A stretch of 54,761 bases of DNA from a virus (Duplodnaviria; Caudoviricetes), in the IMG/VR virus record IMGVR_UViG_3300020578_000101, positions 1 to 54,761 of that record; one strand, given 5' to 3'. The position numbers and the translations under genes are program-made. Below, in pieces: positions 45,182 through 53,389 of the stretch. The first letter of the stretch is position 1. Each line of letters opens with the position of its first letter. The notes beneath the pieces were generated by a model, which saw nothing but the letters and a program-made list of their open reading frames with translations, did no database searches and was not told the DNA's origin.

Positions 45182-45731
45182 GGCGAAATACCTTTAAAAC
45201 TAAACTCTGATCAATCGTGTCGACCGACGAGTAGCAATACGGCAGGTGGTGCAGAATTTTCCCAGGCTCCACGCACACGCCAATGTGCAGTTGCCGTTCG
45301 TACACCACCACATCTCCAACCTCGATAGGAGACGATGTCTCACTAAATCCAAGCGGCTGTAGCATGTGCATGTATCCGTCAAGGTTTAAACGGATGTACT
45401 CGTTACGGTTGACGGACTTAACGTACTCAACGGCACCGATGTCGTAGTTAGCGTCCATCCATTGTGCGGCAAGCGTAACGCAGTCCTTTACACGAAACTT
45501 GTACGGTCTACCTCTCCAGTCGCTCGGAAGAACGACCGGCGTAAAGCGATTCAAAACTTCGTCCACGTACACGGAGTTCACCACGGGGCTTTTCGATACG
45601 GTGAGGAATCCATTCTCTGCAAGCCGAATACATCCACTAATGATGTCTGCTTTTTCACCAACATGGTCGATCCAAAACTGCATGGTCGTTTCTGGGTCGA
45701 CTGGCTCTGGCTGGTAGTCGTATTCCATCAC
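45174..45731 (-). CDS. NlpC/P60 tail-assembly protein (lambda gpK-like)
   Basis: GRPY....DC..L, GDVV, HIGV...GKILHH; no intact JAB HxH motif. Confidence 0.75.
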   Translation of the reverse strand: MMEYDYQPEPVDPETTMQFWIDHVGEKADIISGCIRLAENGFLTVSKSPVVNSVYVDEVLNRFTPVVLPSDWRGRPYKFRVKDCVTLAAQWMDANYDIGAVEYVKSVNRNEYIRLNLDGYMHMLQPLGFSETSSPIEVGDVVVYERQLHIGVCVEPGKILHHLPYCYSSVDTIDQSLVLKVFRRG

Positions 45732-47227
45732 ACCGAAATTGAAATGAACTTGTTGGTTAGGTCGATGACAAACAGGTTGTCAGTACTCTGCATCTTCCCG
45801 GCGGTAATGGTCCCCATGTCGGCTTTTATTGAAGACAGGTTTGTAATAGTTGCTGTATCGATCTTCGCCAGGGTTATGGAAGCGTTTTGAATCATTGCTG
45901 TGCTGATGTGAACGACACCCCCACTTACCGTGAATGGCGAGTACGTTGTCCCGTTAGACGCCTGATTCTTTATTGAAAAATTGCCAGCCACAAAAGCGGC
46001 GTTTCCGCCCGAAATTGCTACTGTTGGATTGCTTGCGCTAAACGATCCATCTTGGTTGACCGACACCGTCCCACCGGCATACAACTCCGCGCCATAAACC
46101 TTTGCGCCATTGATGCCGATCGCAGCATTGATGTTTCCGGCAGTGATCTTGTTTGCAGTCAGGGAGGCAATCTTTGCCGACGAAATAGAGGCATCCTGGA
46201 TCATTGCTGATTTCAGGTGGACCGTCCCGCTCACCACAGCAAACGGCACTGCATCAGCAGACGGGCTGTTTGTCAGGTTGTTGAGAGAACTTGTTGGATC
46301 GACTACCGCAAACTTATCAGCACGGATGATGAAAGCAGAGGTTGTTGTCCCGCTAACTGTCTCTGATGCCAGACCGAACCCGGACACATGCCCGTTCTGG
46401 TCAATCTTGACCGTGTATTGCGCAAAGAGGCTGTTGTCAGCAGCGGCACGTGCAACCGCTTCAGCCTGAACAGTTGTTGATAGTGTCCCAATGGTTGCAT
46501 TGACGGTATCGATCTTCTTTACCGTAACGTCGTTCATCGTCCGCACGGTGTTTTGTATTGACGAAACAGTGTTGCTGTCTCCTTCAACACGCGCAACACG
46601 TGTTGACAACTGTTTGAACAGCGTCGACCGCGCCAATTCGGACTGAATCTTTGAAACCAGTTCAAAGGGGTTAACGTCAGCAACCGCCTCCACCGTCTCT
46701 TGGCTGAACGGACCACGAACGTCAGCCCGAGACACGAACCTCACCCAGTAGTAATACTTGACAGCAGCCTGTGGCGGACGGTCAAAGTAATTCTGGCTAC
46801 TGCTTGTCGCAATCAAACTTGCAGTCGCAACATCATCGGTTACATTGCGCCAGATTTCTGTAAAAGAATGATTCTGGTACTCCGGTTGACCCCAGTTTAG
46901 AAACACGGCCCCGATACCACCAGTTGCCACAACATTTACCGGCGCGGGAGGTGGAGTTAAATCCTGGGTTGGCTGGTAACCGTCAGCAGTAATGTCTGCT
47001 GGGACAAGCGGAACGAGCGCGTTTCTTGCCCCCTGAATGGATGCCGAGACAGCCCCACTTGGGTCAACCGCGAGTCCGAGCAAAGCCAATTCGCGAAACG
47101 TGACGTTCTTGTCAAGCCGGTCCCCGGACAGTCCTTCACGGACGTCCAAAAGCATCTTGACGTTCGATAAGACGTGATTTGGGTCTCCGATTCCTGGTTG
47201 AGGTATCGAGGGTACTTTGGTCGTCAT
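45728..47227 (-). CDS. Tail tip/host-specificity protein (FN3 + DUF1983/gpJ-like C-terminus)
   Basis: PPAP.NV, YYYWVRFV and AQYTVK...NG.V.GFGL.....SAF...AD.FAV. Confidence 0.8.
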   Translation of the reverse strand: MTTKVPSIPQPGIGDPNHVLSNVKMLLDVREGLSGDRLDKNVTFRELALLGLAVDPSGAVSASIQGARNALVPLVPADITADGYQPTQDLTPPPAPVNVVATGGIGAVFLNWGQPEYQNHSFTEIWRNVTDDVATASLIATSSSQNYFDRPPQAAVKYYYWVRFVSRADVRGPFSQETVEAVADVNPFELVSKIQSELARSTLFKQLSTRVARVEGDSNTVSSIQNTVRTMNDVTVKKIDTVNATIGTLSTTVQAEAVARAAADNSLFAQYTVKIDQNGHVSGFGLASETVSGTTTSAFIIRADKFAVVDPTSSLNNLTNSPSADAVPFAVVSGTVHLKSAMIQDASISSAKIASLTANKITAGNINAAIGINGAKVYGAELYAGGTVSVNQDGSFSASNPTVAISGGNAAFVAGNFSIKNQASNGTTYSPFTVSGGVVHISTAMIQNASITLAKIDTATITNLSSIKADMGTITAGKMQSTDNLFVIDLTNKFISISV

Positions 47228-49863
47228 ATCGCTTTGAGTTCAGTGATGGACTGCACAACCGCCACCAGGGTGATCTTGACTTGCCCCTCGACCGTTACGT
47301 ACCAGTCCCTTGCAATGTACCCGGACGGCAAGCGAAACGGCTTTGAGTCCGTAACCGAGTGTGTATGCTTCAACGCTCCGTCTCCGTACAACTTAAATGT
47401 AACCGCGGTTGCGTAGGATTCGGCTATGACCTGAGCCGCGCCGAAATTGATAGGGGTTGGGGACTCATGAATCTTGCTCTTCCACAGGTATGTTTTCTTG
47501 GACGAGCCCTTGTCAAGCATAACGATGTTGCCACTATTAACGATGTGCAATGAGTCCGCGGTTGGAACAACTGTTGCCGCTGTGGTGGTCTCAGTGCCCA
47601 AGGTCACTGGTGCATCCGCGCCATTGAGCGTGAATACAAGGTGGCCTGTCGTGTTGTCTGCTCTGGTGAAGAAGGCGTAGTAACGCCCTTCGTGCAGGTA
47701 AGCCCGAATCGACGATGGGTTGTACTCTTGCCATTGCTCCTGGGACAGAACTTTGCTGGTCAGAACATTGACCCCATTTAGCCCCAACTGCACCAAACCA
47801 TCCGGAGAGGCGTAGATCACGCTGTCGCCGGTTTCCACAATCGACCGCTTCGAAATGCATGCCTGTTGCAGGGACGTCTTAACGAGCGTCATTGCAGACG
47901 GGTCAATGCCGGTAGCAATGTAGGGGTAGGAGTCCGTTAGGATCGCCACAGACTGACCGAACGCTCCGCCGCCAACGATGTTGTGATCGACTGGTAAACG
48001 GTTCTTGGGGGACCATGCATGCGGCAGAAATGGTTCAGAAAAGCAGACGTCTTTCCCAGAAAAGCCGACGAAGATCCCGTTCGCCATCACCCGCAGCCCG
48101 AACATGTTCGATGGGGGCGACCCCCACTCAATCGACGGGATGACCTCGCCAAGGTTGGACTGCCGGATGTTGTCGGTAAATGAGGTAAGTGCAACCGCCT
48201 GTTCGCCCACAAACTGGTAGTCAGTCTCGCCGCTACCAGATGCTGTGCGGTAGATGTACTTCTTAGTAATGTTGAACGCACCAGTCGGCGCTCCGCCGGT
48301 CGTGACCGTTACCGGCTCCAAGGGGTCAATGTCGATTGCAGTGCTGGGGTCTGAAGGGGGTCCTTCTTCGCCATACTCGGACACAAAGGTGTAGACGTAC
48401 ACCCGGTTCTCGGCGAGGCGCTTGGGAGGCAGGGTTGCTGCTGCGCCGAATGCGCCATCAGGCGTGTCGAAGCCATCAATAACGGCTGGCGCAGCGTTAC
48501 CAGCAATAGACGACTGCGAATAGATGTCCACAAATACATCTTGAGATGCCGGAACTTCGCGCACCAGTCTGTAACCAGCCTCCGGCAGGTTATACGATCC
48601 GTCCGTGTACGTGAGGTTCTGGCGATAGATGCGCTTCTTGTCGATCTCAAGACCGAACTCTTCGACATGAGAGAGCCGCACCTTCGTCACATCGGCAACA
48701 ACAGACACAACACCACTGTCTTTACTAAGCGGACCCTCTACGCCAGCAAAAGTAACGTACGAAATAGCGTATGCCCTTGACGTTTCCGCCACCGGGCTTG
48801 CGCTATCCAGGTTGTCCTGAATCGATGTGTCGTCAAATGGGATAAGTACGTTGGGGGCAATGAGCGGTCGACGCGGTCTGTTTCGAATGCTGTCTGCAAG
48901 AGTGGCTGCTGACGATAGATCAGTGTCCGAGAAGGTGTCGGTATACTCGGTGTCATTAACCCCGATCGAAGCGACGAATTTGAAAGCGCCACTGACCTTG
49001 CGGTAGATGCGCTTATGGGTGATGGCTGCATTCCCGTTGGTATCGGTTGGCAGATTGGAGAGGCGGACCTTCGGCAGGTAGCGACGTTTGACGACATACG
49101 AACCGGAAGGGGCAGACCCTGGGAACGATTGGGTATTCTCGATCTTGACTGTCTTGACGTTCGATACCTCAACGACCTTCCAGGCGGCGTTCCACCCAGC
49201 AACAGAAGAGCCAGTGATTCCAATGTAATCGTCGACTAGGAGGTCGTGGTCTTTGTTGAAAGCAATGACGTACCGGGTCGCACTTTCTGACGTAAATGAC
49301 AATGGATAAAGAGTCCCAATGTCAGCGTAGTTGATCAGAGCCTTGACGATTACAGGATCGGTCGGACCAGATTGCTTGCTCCCGTTTTCGTTTGAAAACG
49401 TGATGATGTACTCACGCTCTTGCGTCTCTGGGTTTTGGATTGCAGAACCAATGGCGCTGATCGCTACGGTTGGCTTCGGGATTCCAAGCGTGTACGAGTT
49501 CCTTGGGTAAGGACCACTTCCAGACGCGAACGCAAATACAGTTGGGGCGTACTTTGGCAGGCCGTCACCGGACCAATAGATCCTGCCGTACTCGTCCTGG
49601 GTAATAGGGGAGAGCGCTACGTCAACATCACCGGAGAACTCGAACCAGTTCGCAGTTTCGTTCGCAGTTGCACGGGCGCGAAAGATTGTCTGAACCGTAC
49701 CGGCAGACTTAAGTGCAACAACTGTTTCGTTTGTTTTGACCGGTTCAATTGCCCCAGAAAACAAGCGCACGTCGACCGCTTCTTGCGCCTCTGCTGCATC
49801 AAGCAGTTTAGGGTTAAGGATCGGACGCATGCCCTTGAAGCCGCGTAATACAAATCCAGCCAT
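47224..49863 (-). CDS. Tail nozzle/tubular protein B-like
   Basis: F.GM.P...P.LL, GEEGPPS, FSEP..PHAW, C....S.V....V.YAS.DGL. Confidence 0.75.
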   Translation of the reverse strand: MAGFVLRGFKGMRPILNPKLLDAAEAQEAVDVRLFSGAIEPVKTNETVVALKSAGTVQTIFRARATANETANWFEFSGDVDVALSPITQDEYGRIYWSGDGLPKYAPTVFAFASGSGPYPRNSYTLGIPKPTVAISAIGSAIQNPETQEREYIITFSNENGSKQSGPTDPVIVKALINYADIGTLYPLSFTSESATRYVIAFNKDHDLLVDDYIGITGSSVAGWNAAWKVVEVSNVKTVKIENTQSFPGSAPSGSYVVKRRYLPKVRLSNLPTDTNGNAAITHKRIYRKVSGAFKFVASIGVNDTEYTDTFSDTDLSSAATLADSIRNRPRRPLIAPNVLIPFDDTSIQDNLDSASPVAETSRAYAISYVTFAGVEGPLSKDSGVVSVVADVTKVRLSHVEEFGLEIDKKRIYRQNLTYTDGSYNLPEAGYRLVREVPASQDVFVDIYSQSSIAGNAAPAVIDGFDTPDGAFGAAATLPPKRLAENRVYVYTFVSEYGEEGPPSDPSTAIDIDPLEPVTVTTGGAPTGAFNITKKYIYRTASGSGETDYQFVGEQAVALTSFTDNIRQSNLGEVIPSIEWGSPPSNMFGLRVMANGIFVGFSGKDVCFSEPFLPHAWSPKNRLPVDHNIVGGGAFGQSVAILTDSYPYIATGIDPSAMTLVKTSLQQACISKRSIVETGDSVIYASPDGLVQLGLNGVNVLTSKVLSQEQWQEYNPSSIRAYLHEGRYYAFFTRADNTTGHLVFTLNGADAPVTLGTETTTAATVVPTADSLHIVNSGNIVMLDKGSSKKTYLWKSKIHESPTPINFGAAQVIAESYATAVTFKLYGDGALKHTHSVTDSKPFRLPSGYIARDWYVTVEGQVKITLVAVVQSITELKAI

Positions 49864-49878
49864 GAAATCTCCAGGCGT

Positions 49879-49900
49879 AAAAAAACCCGCCGGAGCGGGT
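49879..49900 (-). terminator. Intrinsic terminator after the tail-fibre block
   Basis: Minus strand ACCCGC-TCCG-GCGGGT followed by a T-run. Confidence 0.7.
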
Positions 49901-49917
49901 TGGTTGCGTGTTGTTTG

Positions 49918-49995
49918 TTATGCTATGTATGTTTCTGGCTCTGCCACAATCACTTGTGTCACGATGCCGTCTTGTACTTTTGCAAAATGTGCTAT
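49918..49995 (-). pseudogene. Remnant of a paralog of 52958..53365
   Basis: AGGAG RBS, ATA in place of ATG, then AHFAKVQDGIVTQVIVAEPE (vs AHYVKVVDGLVVNGIVAEPE), stop after 25 codons. Confidence 0.7.
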
Positions 49996-50007
49996 TGCTT
50001 ACTCCTG

Positions 50008-51270
50008 TTATGCCGTAAATGTTCCAGAGGATGTGAATGTATGGATGGTGTATCCACCGCTAGAAGTCACAGTACCGCCAGTGCCGCGCTGTGATCCTGC
50101 GTAGCGGATGATGACAATACCAGAGCCACCGTTTCCTGTTGGGCCAGTATGTGTTGTATCCCCTGCACCAGCGCCACCACCGGTGTTTGCTCCGCCAGCG
50201 CCACCGTTTGCTCCAGAAGTTCCGGTTGGGCCAGCAGCGCCAGAGTTACGGGCAGAACCGCCACCAGTGCCGCCAGAACCAGTCTGCGTAGAGCCCCCAC
50301 CGCCACCGCCTAGGCCGCCGTTACCGCCGCCATTGCCGGATGTAAACCCACCGCCACCGCCACCGCCAGCATAGTAATAGTTGTTGCCGTCAATGTTGGA
50401 CTGAACACCTACACCACCTGCACCGGCTTTTCCAGTATTTGCAGTAGCCGATGTACCACCAACAGCCCCTGCACCGCCGCCGCCGCCACCGGGGTAGTTA
50501 GTTGACCCACCGTTACCATTACCTCCGGCGTATCCCTGACCTGTAGTACCAGCGCCACCTGTACCGTTCTCAGCACCGCCGCCGCCGCCAGAACCCCCTG
50601 ATGGCGCAGTTCCGCCAGCAGTTCCTACATACGCCTGTCCGCCGCCGCCGCCAATAGATGTGACCGTGGCAAAGACAGAGTTGTTGCCGTTCCCGCCATT
50701 TCCTTGGTAGGTTGATGTTCCAGAACCACCAGCGCCAACAGTTACGGTGTAGTTTGAACCCGGTAATACAGTCAACGGAGATTCAACAGCCCCGCCACCG
50801 CCTGATACTTCGCCAGCAACAGATGAACGATAACCACCAGCCCCCCCACCCGCTGCTCCGTGAGAACCCCCCATTCCACCACCACCGCCACCAGCAATAA
50901 CAAGGTATTCAACAGAATACTGTGCGGCTTGAGAAAACTTTAACCATCCAGCAGAAGCGGGGTCATACCACTCGGGTTCACCAATAGTCGTATTAAATCG
51001 AACCATCCCAGAACCGGGCGAACCGGGTCGTTGAGCAGTAGTACCAGCGGGCAAATCAAAATACCCAGTGCTTGAGTTGGCTTGATCGCTTACAGCAGTA
51101 GGGGTCGGCGAGGTTACAGTTCCCCAGGTGGCAGTTGTGCCGTTGGTAGTTAGGAACTTCCCAGACTGCCCAGACTGACTCGGGAGCGCATTGACGTTGT
51201 CCAGCGACGAAAGGTCAACGTCACCGCTGGAGTCGACCAACAGTTTGGATAAGTTACGTGCTTTAGTCAT
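50008..51270 (-). CDS. Gly-rich tail fibre/receptor-binding protein
   Basis: GTTAQRP, EYLVIAGGG, GSGIVIIRY and HTFTSSGTF motifs. Confidence 0.8.
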   Translation of the reverse strand: MTKARNLSKLLVDSSGDVDLSSLDNVNALPSQSGQSGKFLTTNGTTATWGTVTSPTPTAVSDQANSSTGYFDLPAGTTAQRPGSPGSGMVRFNTTIGEPEWYDPASAGWLKFSQAAQYSVEYLVIAGGGGGGMGGSHGAAGGGAGGYRSSVAGEVSGGGGAVESPLTVLPGSNYTVTVGAGGSGTSTYQGNGGNGNNSVFATVTSIGGGGGQAYVGTAGGTAPSGGSGGGGGAENGTGGAGTTGQGYAGGNGNGGSTNYPGGGGGGAGAVGGTSATANTGKAGAGGVGVQSNIDGNNYYYAGGGGGGGFTSGNGGGNGGLGGGGGGSTQTGSGGTGGGSARNSGAAGPTGTSGANGGAGGANTGGGAGAGDTTHTGPTGNGGSGIVIIRYAGSQRGTGGTVTSSGGYTIHTFTSSGTFTA

Positions 51271-51279
51271 GCTGAATCC

Positions 51280-52203
51280 TTATGCCGTAAAGGTGCCGGA
51301 GGATGTAAAGGTGTGGTAGGTATATCCATCCGAGGAAGTTACTGTGCCGCCTGTACCAACCTGAGCGCCCGGGTAACGAATAATTACAATTCCTGAACCC
51401 CCGTTTCCACCAACTTGTGAGGCACCGCCCCCGCTTGCTGTTCCACCAGTTCCACCGCCGCCGCCGCCTGTGTTTTCGCCGCCGTTAAAACCTTTTTGTG
51501 TGCCATTCCCGCCGCCACCACCGCCGCCACCTGACCCGCCGGTTGAAAAAGTTGCGGAGTCATAAATTCCGCCGCCACCGCCTCCTGCGTAAGATGTTCC
51601 TAAAGACTTCCAATTTATACCTACTCCACCATTTCCCGCTACACTTGTTGTTGCGTTTCCACCTGCGGAAGTTGCACCGCCGCCGCCACCACCAGGATAT
51701 TTATTTGTATACGCGGCAGTGCCACCAGCGTTTCCTTGACCAGACGTGCCTGTTCCCGGGTATCCTGTGGCTGAACTACTATTTCCTGATCCACCAGCAC
51801 CAGAACCACCGTTTCTTTCTGCTCCGTTGTAAACGCTATTGCTGTTTGGTGCTGAACCGCCACCTACGGCAGATGTGCCATGGAAAGCAAAAGTGGTATT
51901 CGATCCAGAAGTCGATGATTTTCCATCGTTTTGTGCAGCACCTCCGGTTCCACCGCCTCCAATTGTTACAGAATATGCGGTTCCAGGCGTAACTGTTCCG
52001 CTACTGTCAATTGCTCCACCAGCGCCGCCACCCCCAGTAGCGGCATTGTTAAAACCGGCGCCGCCGCCACCGCCCCCACCGGCAACAATTAAATACTCAA
52101 TAGTGTAAGTAACACTCGGCCAATTAGAACCCATAATGGCGTTCCGTTGGTCTTTTAAAGACCAGATACCGCTAGCACCTGTTGTGCTTGGAAACTGTGC
52201 CAT
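51280..52203 (-). CDS. Gly-rich tail fibre/receptor-binding protein
   Basis: ASGIWSL N-terminus plus the same Gly-rich domain. Confidence 0.8.
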   Translation of the reverse strand: MAQFPSTTGASGIWSLKDQRNAIMGSNWPSVTYTIEYLIVAGGGGGGGAGFNNAATGGGGAGGAIDSSGTVTPGTAYSVTIGGGGTGGAAQNDGKSSTSGSNTTFAFHGTSAVGGGSAPNSNSVYNGAERNGGSGAGGSGNSSSATGYPGTGTSGQGNAGGTAAYTNKYPGGGGGGATSAGGNATTSVAGNGGVGINWKSLGTSYAGGGGGGIYDSATFSTGGSGGGGGGGGNGTQKGFNGGENTGGGGGGTGGTASGGGASQVGGNGGSGIVIIRYPGAQVGTGGTVTSSDGYTYHTFTSSGTFTA

Positions 52204-52556
52204 TAGGAAATCTCCTCATAAGAGCACACGGCTACGAGGTCACTGGCTGCACTGGCTGTACAGCGAAGTGCGTCACCTTCTTCGAGGTAAATGGCTTTAG
52301 ACATCAGATCAAGCGTTGCATCCGATGGAACGGAAACTGTCGAGACAAGAGGGTAAGCCGTGCTTGAGCGAAACAAATCTACTGTGATGTTAGCAACGTT
52401 TGTGCCGTCCACATTTGAGATATAAAGAGCGTTGACTTTGAATACTTTGTTGCTGCCACTTGAGTTAGTGACGATTGCCGTAGCAGAAGTGCCGACAGCC
52501 TGTACCGCCGTCTTACCTGTGATGGTTGCTACATTGACGATATTAGGGGCTGCCAT
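52203..52556 (-). CDS. Tail-fibre-associated beta-rich protein
   Basis: MAAPNIVNV...IYLEEGD...SYEEIS; paralog of 354..680. Confidence 0.75.
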   Translation of the reverse strand: MAAPNIVNVATITGKTAVQAVGTSATAIVTNSSGSNKVFKVNALYISNVDGTNVANITVDLFRSSTAYPLVSTVSVPSDATLDLMSKAIYLEEGDALRCTASAASDLVAVCSYEEIS

Positions 52557-52559
52557 GAT

Positions 52560-52955
52560 TTATCCTCCGAATACAATTGCCATCGCAATTGCTTTACCTG
52601 TTGACGCCTTTGGCGCAAGAAGAGCATCAGCCTCTGCTTTTGTATAAGCACTATCAATCGGCTCGTAACGAGCGTCAGCCTCAGCCTTGGTGTATCCGTC
52701 ACTCAAACCGCGGGGCAGGAATGCCACCGTCTCAACCACGTCATCAGCAGAAGCAGCCGCAGTCAGAACAACTGTTGTGCCGTTCGACGCTGTGTAGTCG
52801 TCGCCATTGATTAACTTGACACCGTTGACATACACGTCGATGTAGCCGACCGTGTAGCCGCTGGTGGGCGTGAATGTTGTTTGCCCAGCAGTGGCGGTGA
52901 ACGTCGTCGTAATCCTTTGGGACGCTACGCCTGGACTGTTGCCGATGTACGCCAT
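52560..52955 (-). CDS. Tail-fibre-associated protein
   Basis: MAYIGNSP, ATAGQTTF, VYVNGV, YTKAEADA repeats; ends AIAMAIVFGG. Confidence 0.75.
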   Translation of the reverse strand: MAYIGNSPGVASQRITTTFTATAGQTTFTPTSGYTVGYIDVYVNGVKLINGDDYTASNGTTVVLTAAASADDVVETVAFLPRGLSDGYTKAEADARYEPIDSAYTKAEADALLAPKASTGKAIAMAIVFGG

Positions 52956-52957
52956 GG

Positions 52958-53365
52958 TTACTGTCCTTCGGTTTCGATTTCAACCCAGTTGGTGGTGTCC
53001 TCATCCCAGTGGTAGAAAGCGCCGTCCGTAGGATACGGAACGGGTGACTCCCACAAGCATGAGGTATCGTTTAAGGTCCAAGAATTCCAGGGCTTGGGCG
53101 GAATGAACGCATTCCTTACGCGGTCGTACGTGTACCCGATGCCAGCGTAATTCTTGCGCTGACGACCTTCGTCTGCGGCAATCATTCCTGCTTGATCAGC
53201 ATGTGGTTCGTTGGTTGCGGGATCGTAGTAAACGCCGCCACGCATGTTGTATGAGGTCTTGATCCACTCACCAGGAGATGAATCAACGAACGTGTCAAAG
53301 AATTCTGGTTCCGCGACGATGCCGTTGACGACCAGACCGTCGACTACTTTTACGTAATGTGCCAT
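52958..53365 (-). CDS. Tail-fibre assembly/partner protein
   Basis: MAHY, RKNYAGIGY.YD...AFIPP.P..SW.L...C.W..P motifs; follows a Gly-rich fibre gene. Confidence 0.75.
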   Translation of the reverse strand: MAHYVKVVDGLVVNGIVAEPEFFDTFVDSSPGEWIKTSYNMRGGVYYDPATNEPHADQAGMIAADEGRQRKNYAGIGYTYDRVRNAFIPPKPWNSWTLNDTSCLWESPVPYPTDGAFYHWDEDTTNWVEIETEGQ

Positions 53366-53389
53366 GTGTTTACTCCTAAAAAATTAGGT

